From the NCBI GenBank assembly GCA_051010975.1, contig JBPCUV010000357.1, positions 1-37,411 of the forward strand: 37,411 nucleotides of DNA, in the 5' to 3' direction. Both the position numbers and the translations under genes were made by a program. Of this stretch, positions 27,145 to 35,400 are shown piece by piece (the first letter of the stretch is position 1; each line of letters starts with the position of its first letter). The notes under the pieces are model-generated. The model was not told where the DNA came from and ran no database searches. It saw only the letters and a list, made by a program, of their open reading frames with translations. The DNA is from Desulfocapsaceae bacterium. GTDB taxonomy: Bacteria; Desulfobacterota; Desulfobulbia; Desulfobulbales; Desulfocapsaceae.

Positions 27145-27325
27145 AAAGCAATATTAGAATTTCTGGTAAATGTCAATTCTTTTTTATATGTTTGCTTTAA
27201 AATAGATTGTCTGGACTTTTGATATTTTAAAATAATGTTTAATTACAGTAATTTAAATATTTAATTAAACAGCATCGCCTCGGTTCACAGCAGTCACTAA
27301 TACGGTGACAGGTTCAAGTCAAAGG

Positions 27326-27355
27326 CAGGAGTCGTGAGCAGTCAGCTCCTGTTTT
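27326..27355 (+). terminator. Terminator-like hairpin in the 5' leader of the lyxose-isomerase-type gene (possible attenuator)
   Basis: CAGGAG (27326-27331), 14-nt loop, CTCCTG (27346-27351), then TTTT (27352-27355). It ends 33 nt upstream of ATG 27388. The stem is short and the loop large. Confidence 0.3.
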
Positions 27356-27387
27356 AGATCATTAGTTAGGCAAAGGGATTACAAATT

Positions 27388-27933
27388 ATGATTTCAATAT
27401 CAGAACAGAAGGCAGCTCAGATACGGGCTGCTCTGATGATGAGAGAAGCAGGAATTCAGATAAATGATTCGGAGATAGAAAAGATCGAAGTCGTCGATTT
27501 TGGTTTGAGCCGGCTGGGTATTGAAGGAGTTCAGGTGTTTACCATGGTCAATACCGATCGGCTGGCAGCCAAGGTGCTGGTGCTTTTCCCTGATCAGACC
27601 GAACCTGAGCATTGGCATCCGCAGAGGGAAGATGATCCTGGTAAACAGGAGACAATCCGTCATGTCTGGGGAGATCTGCGATTTTATGTGGAAGGACCCG
27701 ATACACTAAAGGAAGGGTTTATCGTTGCGGGCAAAGAAGAAGTCTATACCCTGCGGCATGAAATAGTCCTGGAACCGGGGGATCAGCTCACTTTTGAACC
27801 TTACGAGAAACACTGGTTTCAGGGCGGCACCAGAGGGGCTGTACTCTACAGTTTTTCAACCACGGTGCGAGACGGACTAGATGGTTTCAGCGATCCCGAA
27901 ATCCAGCGGTCGACAGTTGTTGACAAGAGGTGA
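27388..27933 (+). CDS. D-lyxose/D-mannose ketol-isomerase family cupin (YdaE-like)
   Basis: IEKIEVVDFGLSRLGIEGVQVFTMVNTDRLAAKVLVLFPDQTEPEHWHP...PGKQETIRHVWGDLRFYVEG resembles B. subtilis YdaE-type D-lyxose isomerases as I recall them, including the His-containing cupin metal motif. Confidence 0.8.
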   Translation: MISISEQKAAQIRAALMMREAGIQINDSEIEKIEVVDFGLSRLGIEGVQVFTMVNTDRLAAKVLVLFPDQTEPEHWHPQREDDPGKQETIRHVWGDLRFYVEGPDTLKEGFIVAGKEEVYTLRHEIVLEPGDQLTFEPYEKHWFQGGTRGAVLYSFSTTVRDGLDGFSDPEIQRSTVVDKR

Positions 27934-27953
27934 GACAGCGCCTGAGGCTCCAC

Positions 27954-28763
27954 TTATTTCCAAAAATTATGGAAGTGATGGACCGGACCGTGGCCACTAC
28001 CAAGACGGTATTCCGCACCTGCATCAATGGCCGTGGCGACATAGCTGATTGCTTTTTCAACGGCCTCGGCTACTGAAAATCCTCTGGCCAGAAAGGAAGC
28101 AAGCGCTGAAGAGAGCGTGCACCCAGTGCCGTGAGTGTTGCTGGTCGCCACTTTTGTATTGGTAAAAGAGAGACGTTGGGACGATTCATAGTCGTAGAGA
28201 ATATCCTCCAGATTTTCGTTGTCGAGGTGGCCGCCTTTAGCCAGCACAGAGAGGTGGAACTTGTGAGCCAGTTGCTCTGCGGTCTCCCTGAGAAAATCCT
28301 TGTCTGAAATTGTTCGCCCAGTGATTATTTCAGCTTCCGGGATATTTGGGGTGATCAACCTGACAATTGGGAAAAGCGTTTCCTGCAATGCCGCAATAGC
28401 CTCATCCTGAATCAGCTTGTCCCCGCTGGTGGCAACCATTACGGGGTCAAGTACGATATTATCGATTTGGTATTCCTGGAGTAAAAGGGCAATGCATTCA
28501 ATTACCTCGACCGAGTGCAGCATGCCCAGTTTTACCGCATCGGTACCGATATCATCCAAAACAGCCCTGATCTGCGACTCAAGCACAGCCACCGGTACCG
28601 GATGAATGTCAGTCACCCCAAGGGTGTTTTGGGCGGTAATTGCTGTAATTGCGCTGGTTCCGAAACAGCAACAGGCCGAGATGGTTTTGAGATCGGCCTG
28701 GATGCCGGCCCCGCCTCCTGAGTCAGACCCGGCTATGGTCAATACGCGGTGATATAGTTTCAT
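27954..28763 (-). CDS. thiD: Hydroxymethylpyrimidine/phosphomethylpyrimidine kinase (ThiD/PdxK family)
   Basis: [21 protein letters not shown]..., [29 protein letters not shown] and [12 protein letters not shown] are canonical ThiD motifs. Confidence 0.9.
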   Translation of the reverse strand: MKLYHRVLTIAGSDSGGGAGIQADLKTISACCCFGTSAITAITAQNTLGVTDIHPVPVAVLESQIRAVLDDIGTDAVKLGMLHSVEVIECIALLLQEYQIDNIVLDPVMVATSGDKLIQDEAIAALQETLFPIVRLITPNIPEAEIITGRTISDKDFLRETAEQLAHKFHLSVLAKGGHLDNENLEDILYDYESSQRLSFTNTKVATSNTHGTGCTLSSALASFLARGFSVAEAVEKAISYVATAIDAGAEYRLGSGHGPVHHFHNFWK

Positions 28764-28850
28764 GAAATTAATGGTTCCGGTGAGGACCTGAGATTCTTTT
28801 TTTGGATCTGGGATGTCATTGGGTTTTCGACATAAAACTAAAAATTATTG

Positions 28851-29963
28851 TTAATGTTCAAGTTTCTTGAAACGGTGCATAAACCTTCTATCGATATAAT
28901 CTTTGATCATGAAAGCCAGGCGACCGGTAAATCTGATCGATCCTTTGAGAAAAATGCCATGCGCGTCTCCGGTATTGTAGATGAGAAGATATTTTTTCCC
29001 AGGCTCAAAACCCTGCAGTTTCTCTCCGCGAAGACTTGCTCTAATGTTGTGGAGCAGTACCGGGTTTTGCCTGACCGCATAAACCCCAACTTTGTCCAGC
29101 GGTTGCTCAGAAAAGTGTATGCAGTCACCACCTCCAAAAATTTCCGGGTGTTTGGTCGACTGCAGGTAACGATTTACCTCTAAACCAATTCCGTTTCCAA
29201 CACTAAGGCCGGAGTTGGCGAACAGGGGCGAAGGTTCAACTCCAAGGGCTGCAAAGATAAGGTTGAACGTATAATTATTTCCGTTGACAAGGCTCACTGT
29301 ACCATCCTGCACGGATGATACATAGGACCCCTCGGAAAGCTCAATTCGGCGACTGAAGAGAATTTGCTGCGCATTCTTCTGCAGCCATGGCGTGGAGTCG
29401 GCTAATAATCTTCGGCCGCTGAAGAGTATGATTTTCAGTTCATACCCTTTAATACGATCACCAAGTTGTCTGAGGTTTCCCGCTATCTCCAGGGCCGAGG
29501 GACCACCACCGATAACGGCTATTGATAGATTCGAAGATTTCAGCCGAGTTGAAATAATTTTCCGGGCCCGCGCCAATCCCTCAATTGGCTTGACCGGTAT
29601 GACGCTATCAATGTTTTCTGAGATAGTCCTGACGGGTACCGAGGATCCGGTGTTGCAACTGAGAAGATCGTAGGGCAGGGTGACACCGCTGAAGAGTCTC
29701 ACGGTTCGGTTCTGAGCATCGATGCTCACGGCTCGGTCTTTAACAAAAATTCCGCCCTGCCTCTCTACAATCCTGAGGGTATTAAATCTCACCTGGTCAG
29801 GCTCATAAGTCCCTCCAAGCATTCCAGGACCCATACCTGAATAATAATGATGATCGGCAGGCTGGACGACCGTGACCTCATGCCCCTCTTCAGCAAACTG
29901 CCGCAGGTTGGCTAGAATCGTCAAGTGGGCGTGGCCGCCCCCCAGTAAGACCAGCTTTGACAA
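28851..29963 (-). CDS. FAD-dependent pyridine-nucleotide-disulfide oxidoreductase family protein (NDH-2/SQR-like)
   Basis: The N-terminal dinucleotide fold is KLVLLGGGHAHLTIL. A second fold is LSIAVIGGGPSALEIAGNL. It also has ...IFGGGDCIHF. It starts 17 nt after the PNPOx-like gene ends. Confidence 0.8.
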   Translation of the reverse strand: MSKLVLLGGGHAHLTILANLRQFAEEGHEVTVVQPADHHYYSGMGPGMLGGTYEPDQVRFNTLRIVERQGGIFVKDRAVSIDAQNRTVRLFSGVTLPYDLLSCNTGSSVPVRTISENIDSVIPVKPIEGLARARKIISTRLKSSNLSIAVIGGGPSALEIAGNLRQLGDRIKGYELKIILFSGRRLLADSTPWLQKNAQQILFSRRIELSEGSYVSSVQDGTVSLVNGNNYTFNLIFAALGVEPSPLFANSGLSVGNGIGLEVNRYLQSTKHPEIFGGGDCIHFSEQPLDKVGVYAVRQNPVLLHNIRASLRGEKLQGFEPGKKYLLIYNTGDAHGIFLKGSIRFTGRLAFMIKDYIDRRFMHRFKKLEH

Positions 29964-29980
29964 GACCGTCGGAGGCTACC

Positions 29981-30403
29981 TTACTTAACCCACACTTCGG
30001 GTTCAAAAGATCCCGGTGTGATATATTCAATCCTGTATGGCTGAACCAGGACGATGCAGTAGTTGGGATCGTCGGGACCTTTGAATATAGGGGCCAGCAG
30101 GTCATTCCAGAAATTATGCCGCTCATCGTGGTCGGTGGTTATTTCCGCTTGCCCCTGGACCTGAATATAGGGGTGCATGTCCATAAAATTGTTGACACCA
30201 AGGGTAATATGGACATTGGGGTTGTGTTGCATCTGAGCCACTTTGCGTGAATGAGCAAAAGTTGCACAGCGCATGTTGAAATCGCCGTCACCGACAGTCA
30301 CCACATAACGAACCCAGGGGTTATTCTGTTCTGTAACAGTAGCCAGTGCAGCAAGCTGAGGTTTATGTATGACATCAAGAATTCTTTGTTTCAAATCTTC
30401 CAT
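29981..30403 (-). CDS. Pyridoxamine-5'-phosphate-oxidase-family (split-barrel, FMN/F420-binding-like) protein
   Basis: MEDLKQRILDVIHKPQLAALATVTEQNNPWVRYV... is a general-stress-protein-26-like pattern. ATG 30403 is preceded by GGAG. The track start at 30415 is a TTG. Confidence 0.8.
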   Translation of the reverse strand: MEDLKQRILDVIHKPQLAALATVTEQNNPWVRYVVTVGDGDFNMRCATFAHSRKVAQMQHNPNVHITLGVNNFMDMHPYIQVQGQAEITTDHDERHNFWNDLLAPIFKGPDDPNYCIVLVQPYRIEYITPGSFEPEVWVK

Positions 30404-30652
30404 GGGCCACTCCAACTACGTTGTTTTTTTGACGCGATCTCGTCAGAATTTCAGATTTGCTTCTACAATTCATAACAGGTTAATCATTGTCTCCTGAAGG
30501 TGTAGAAAAAATAATCGGTCGAGCAATAAACTCAAACAAACTCTTTCTTCACTTCAATTTACAGCTTTTGCGCAGATGATTACTTTGAAGCAAGATGCTG
30601 CGATGCAGGCTGGCGACTAACGCTGTCCTAAAACTTAATCGGGAGGTAAACG

Positions 30653-30976
30653 ATGTCATCGGTTGCACTTATTGAAGCACATGATGCCTTTGAGCATGTC
30701 AAGAATAATGGTGCTCTTTTAATCTGCGCTTATGAAAGTGATGAGAAATTCCACAAGCTCCACCTCGATGGTGCGATTCCCCTGAGTGAATTCCAGTCCC
30801 TGTCAGATACCATGACTAAAGACAAAGAGCTGATTTTCTACTGAGCATGACCTGGAGGAGGTTCCGCTGCCGGTCGGGCAGAACATTATAGAACCGAAGG
30901 ATTCATCAATGCCAAAGCACTCAGGGATGGGTTCAAGGGCTGGCAGAAAGCAGGCCTGCCGATAACCGTTGAGTGA
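30653..30976 (+). CDS. Single-domain rhodanese-like sulfurtransferase with two in-frame UGA codons (30842-30844 and 30848-30850), a candidate selenoprotein (…LIFY-U-A-U-PGGGSAAGRA…)
   Basis: SD GGGAGG (30641-30646). The track ORF stops at TGA 30842. The same frame then reads GCA, TGA and 41 sense codons: PGGGSAAGRAEHYRTEGFINAKALRDGFKGWQKAGLPITVE, then a stop at 30974-30976. N- and C-terminal parts together make one complete ~107-aa rhodanese fold (…HLDGAIPL…, …GF.NAKAL.DGFKGWQKAGLP). The UGAs sit at the C-x-C-P active-site positions. Confidence 0.7.
30860..30895 (+). other. SECIS-like stem-loop downstream of the two UGA codons
   Basis: The upper stem is CTGCC (30867-30871) / GGCAG (30877-30881) with apical loop GGTCG. 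The lower pairing is GGTTC (30860-30864) / GAACC (30891-30895), with an asymmetric internal loop. The apical loop starts 27 and 21 nt after the two UGAs and begins with GG, as in bacterial SECIS elements. The stem is short and I did not compute folding energy. Confidence 0.45.
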
Positions 30977-31013
30977 TCAGCGAGAGAGCTGAGAGCGCAT
31001 TATGGTCAAGATT

Positions 31014-32222
31014 TCAGAGATTAAATTTTTCTGCAGCCTTGTCACATAGGTAGGCACCAATGGGAAGTGCCGAGGTAGCCGCAGGCGACGGTGCATTGCA
31101 GACGTGCAGTGAGCGTGCTGTTTCAGAGAACAGGAAATCATGGACGAGCTCACCGTCAGACATGACCGCCTGAGCCCTTATACCAGCTGGATACGGGGTA
31201 AGGTCCGGCAACCTGAGTTGTGGGCAATACTTTTGAACTCGTTTGAGGTAGCCCGGTTTGTACAAAGAATCAAAAAATTCATTGAATCCCGTTCCGAGAT
31301 TTTTCTTGAGCACTCTCCAGAAGCCGGGGAAAGTGCACATCTCTGCCACATCCCTGGTACTGAAATTGAGAGAACCGTAGCCTTCCCGTTTCCAGCCAAG
31401 CACGGCATTGGGGCCGACAGTTACCGTCCCGTCAACCATCAGGGTGAGGTGCACACCGAGAAATGGTAGCTCAGGGTCGGGAATAGGGTAGATAAGATGA
31501 CTGACGATATTATTGAATTGGGAGGAAAGCTGATAGTATTCGCCCCTGAACGGGATGATCTGAAAATCGAGATCGATTTCCATCATCCGGGCCAACCTGT
31601 CGGCCATTAAACCACCGCATACTATCAGTGAAGATGACTCTACGATCGAATTACCTGCAAAAATTCGAACGCTGTCCGGTTCCTCTTCGATACGGATAAC
31701 TTCAGAACCCAAAAGGGTTTTACCATTGTGCTGATGAAATGTTTCAAGCAAGATCTGGGTGATGGCAATAAAATCGGTGATCGCAGTGCGGGGTACCAGC
31801 AGTGCGCCCACTCCGGCGATGTGTGGCTCTCTTTTGTTTAATTCGGCTTCGTTCAGACGCTGAACTTCTATCTGGTTTTCTCCGCATCTTCGCTCCAGAT
31901 CGAGCATTCGTCCGTATTCTGTATCATTTGTTGCCACCAGCAGCTTACCACACTGATGATAGGGCAGCTTATGTTCCTGACATAGCTCCCTGGTAAGATC
32001 TGCACCTCGTTTACAAAACTCAGCTTTGAGGCTGCCGGGTTTGTAATACACACCGGCATGAACGACTCCTGAATTGTGGCCGGTCTGGTGACGGGCTGGG
32101 GAGGACTCCTTGTCAATCAAGGTGATTGTCAGCCGAGGAAATCTCTGCTTGAGTTGCAGGGCTGTTGCGACGCCGACTATACCGGCACCGATAACAGTCA
32201 GATCGCTGTTGAATCGTGTCAT
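31014..32222 (-). CDS. lhgO: L-2-hydroxyglutarate oxidase/dehydrogenase (FAD-dependent)
   Basis: DLTVIGAGIVGVATALQL...LIDKESSPARHQTGHNSGVVHAGVYYKPGSLKAEFCKRG closely parallels E. coli LhgO (YgaF) as I recall it. 402 aa. Confidence 0.9.
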   Translation of the reverse strand: MTRFNSDLTVIGAGIVGVATALQLKQRFPRLTITLIDKESSPARHQTGHNSGVVHAGVYYKPGSLKAEFCKRGADLTRELCQEHKLPYHQCGKLLVATNDTEYGRMLDLERRCGENQIEVQRLNEAELNKREPHIAGVGALLVPRTAITDFIAITQILLETFHQHNGKTLLGSEVIRIEEEPDSVRIFAGNSIVESSSLIVCGGLMADRLARMMEIDLDFQIIPFRGEYYQLSSQFNNIVSHLIYPIPDPELPFLGVHLTLMVDGTVTVGPNAVLGWKREGYGSLNFSTRDVAEMCTFPGFWRVLKKNLGTGFNEFFDSLYKPGYLKRVQKYCPQLRLPDLTPYPAGIRAQAVMSDGELVHDFLFSETARSLHVCNAPSPAATSALPIGAYLCDKAAEKFNL

Positions 32223-32473
32223 TCTAGTTCATCTGATTTTCGATCCAGGAGATAGTAGAGATTCCTGAATTGCGTTTTATAAAATGGTTGCTGAACTTGG
32301 ATTAACTTCTGTCTGACGATCAGTTTCTGATATCATATTGGTCCTTGCATGAAAATCAAGTGGGGATAAGTTGCTTAATGATCTAACGAGAAGGAGCGTT
32401 CTTACAGATGTTTCAAGCTCTCGCAGATGAAGAGAATCAGGATCTTGAAATAAAGCGATAACTACTGGTCAGT

Positions 32474-35400
32474 TCAATGCAGCATCCTGCTGTGATCTTG
32501 AGCTTTAGCGGAATGGATAAAGAAATCCAACCGGTTTTGAAGGTTGACATCACTATTGCCTGCATCCATGTCGAGGTTAAGGAAATTGAGATCCGGAAAC
32601 AACCGGGAGAGTTTAGAACCGATGCCTTTTGAGACGACGTGATTGGCAATACAGCCGAATGGCTGAAGACTAATAATGTTGCGAATGCCTGATTCTGCCA
32701 TGGAGATAACTTCTCCCGGTAGCAGCCACCCCTCACCGGCCTGATTGACAAGGCTGACTACTCTACTCGCCTGGTTACCCAGTGCATCGGGGACACTGAT
32801 GGGGTCGAGCGAGTGCCTGAATTGTGACATCAAGCCGTTTACCTCTCTGACTCTGCTGATCACTATTCGGTGCAGTAAATTCTGGGTTTTTCTTTCGACA
32901 TATTTGGATTTTTCAATATTGTTGCTGTGGTTGAAGGAAATGTTGACGAAAGTCTGCGTAAAAAAGGTGAGCAGCGGGGGCACTACCACTTCGATACCCC
33001 TCCGCATTAGTCTTTCGACAATATTGCTGTTACTGAAAGGATTATATTTTACATATATCTCACCGACCAGTCCGGCTCTTGGATAGTCGTGGACGTAAGT
33101 GGCTATCGAGTTAAATTCTTCGATGGCATCCCCGAGCAGTTTCTGGCGCTGTCGTAAGGTCCAACTGCCAACATTCTGTCGAGCAATGTCAATATGTCTC
33201 TTCAAAACGGCCAGTGCTTCTCCGCTTTTTCGCTCTCTCACAGCAGTTGCATGGTACATGCGTACCAATTGATCTGCCACCAACAGTGAGGAGAGGACCA
33301 GAGAGATAAGCTGTAATCTGTTGACCCGAAATCCCGGTTGATCGTTGGAACGAAATTTTTTAAAGGAGGCGGTAATTACAGGGATATCGCCAAATCCTGC
33401 ATTGATTAACCCTTTTTTTATCAGACTATGGTAGTTGGTAGCACGGCATTGTCCTCCGGTTTCGGTGAAGGAGGCTGCAACTTTGTCCCTGTCATAGAGG
33501 CCAGATTTCATAGCTTTTATGATGTCGCCGACGGTGATAATCGCAGGGTAGCAAATGTCGTTGTTGGTGTATTTTAGGCCAAACCTGATCGATTCCTTAT
33601 CAGGAGGAGGGAGTATCTCCACCTGATAACCCAGTGGGACGAGAGATGACTGGGCAAAAAGAGAATAGACAGGTGAAAAATCAGGAAAGAGTATCGTGCG
33701 GTTACGGTCTTCGTCTTTATACAACGGAAGCACTTTCCGGACAGTCTTTTTGGTTTCAGTAGCTGGGGCAGTTTTGGATTCAACCAGTGACCTTACCCGA
33801 AGCCTTGCCGAACCGATACTTGTTATCTCATCGATCTTGAGGACGACCGGAGTCTTGGAATAGGTACTCAGAATAGCCTTGATTTCGTCGATGATTACCG
33901 CATCCGGGCCGCAGCCGAATGAATTGAGCTGGATGAATTCAGCCAGCGGTTCGACTCCGGTCCACTGGGCTGCCCGGTATAAACGATTGGAATATTCCCA
34001 TTGATCAACGACCTGTAGATTTTCAGAGGTTTGAATGGTGTCAAGAGGCAGTGAGTCTTCGGTCAGAACATGAAGCCCCATGGCGGCAATCATTTCAGCA
34101 ATGTTGTGGTTGATCATCGGATCAACATGGTAGGGTCGGCCGCCGAGGACGATCAGCTGCTGGCCAGCGGCCCTCGCAGAAGCAATTACTTCCTCACCTT
34201 TATCCCTGATCGTTTTTCTGAAGTCCTGCTGCACTTCAAGGGCCTGACCAAAAGCCAGATCGAAAATTGACTTTTCAATACCAAACGAACGCAGATAGTC
34301 GATACACCCTTTACGCAGTTGTCCGACTTCTAAAAAGTTTATCAATGGACTGTCCATCTGTACGCCCTGTCCTGATGGATCGATTGCACAATCTATGACA
34401 TCAGGGTAGCCGGTAACTATCGGACAATTGTATTGATTGGCAGAATCTGCAAATTGCGACTGTTCGTAGGTGACCCGCGGATAGAATATGCGGTCTACAC
34501 CACGCTTGATAAGGTCAAAAATATGGGCATGGGCAAGTTTTGCCGGATAACAGATATTGTCCGACATCACGGTGAAAGCGCTCTCTTTCAAAATTTTCGA
34601 TTCAGAAACGCGTGAACGGATAAGCCGAAAACCTACTCCGCTGAACAAAGTTGCCCAGAACGGATAGTTTTCCCAATTGTTGAGAACCATAGGCAGGCCA
34701 ATACTCAGAATCGGTTCTGCAGATTCACTATCAGGGAAACTTTCAAGCAGAGAAAGCTTTTCTGCGACCAGGTTACGGCCGGGATGGCTGGATCGGTTTC
34801 TATTGCTGAAAATCCGTTCGCAGCGATTGCCAGTATGGAATTTCCTGGCATTGGAAAAATGAACGCTTTGAATCAGACAGTGATTGGTACATCCCTGGCA
34901 TTTCGTTTGGGTTGTCTTATTTGAAATACATTTTGAAAGAAGTTCGGAAGGTACGGCTTCCATGCTTGTTGAGCTTAGTTTTCTTCTTTCTCTGGCAATC
35001 AGTGCTGCGCCATAGGCACCCATGTACTCGGCGATGTCCGGGCGAATGACTTCTATGCCAAGCAGTTTTTCGAAAGCCCGAAGTACCGCGGGGTTTTTAA
35101 ACGTACCTCCCTGAACGACCACTTTGGGTCCAAGAGCAGAAACGTCGGAGATGCGGAGTACTTTGTTCAAACAGTTTTGAATGACCGAATACGACAATCC
35201 CGCTGCCACATCAGAAACATCATTGCCTTGACGCAGCGCCTGTTTCACGCAGGAGTTCATAAAGACGGTGCACCTGCTGCCCAGGTCCACAGGGTGCTTG
35301 GCAAAACAGGCGAGCTCACCAAACTCTTCAGGGGAATGCCCCAGTGCGTCACCAAAGGTTTCGATAAAAGAACCGCACCCCGAAGAGCAGGACTCGTTCA

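Noticed and set aside
28764-28850. Possible TPP (thi-box) riboswitch upstream of thiD, because CTGAGA and GGATCTGGGATG-like strings occur here
   Set aside because: The thi-box-like strings are on the + strand, whereas thiD is on the minus strand. The gap is only 87 nt, too short for the aptamer plus an expression platform. The conserved ACCTGATCTGGATAATGCCAGCG core is not matched.
30842-30850. Alternative reading of the two stops in the rhodanese gene as pseudogene decay or sequencing error
   Set aside because: Not fully excluded, but less likely. Both stops are TGA and lie 6 nt apart at the positions where this rhodanese subgroup has the two Cys of its C-x-C-P active-site loop. The frame is otherwise intact for all 107 codons. 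The SD is strong, and a GG-loop hairpin sits at SECIS distance. Random decay would more likely give mixed stop types or frameshifts.
32408-32461. 17-codon mini-ORF (MFQALADEENQDLEIKR) with an upstream GAAGGAG, between the activase-fusion gene and lhgO
   Set aside because: It is on the opposite strand to both flanking genes. It is too short to evaluate, and there is no supporting signal beyond the SD-like string.
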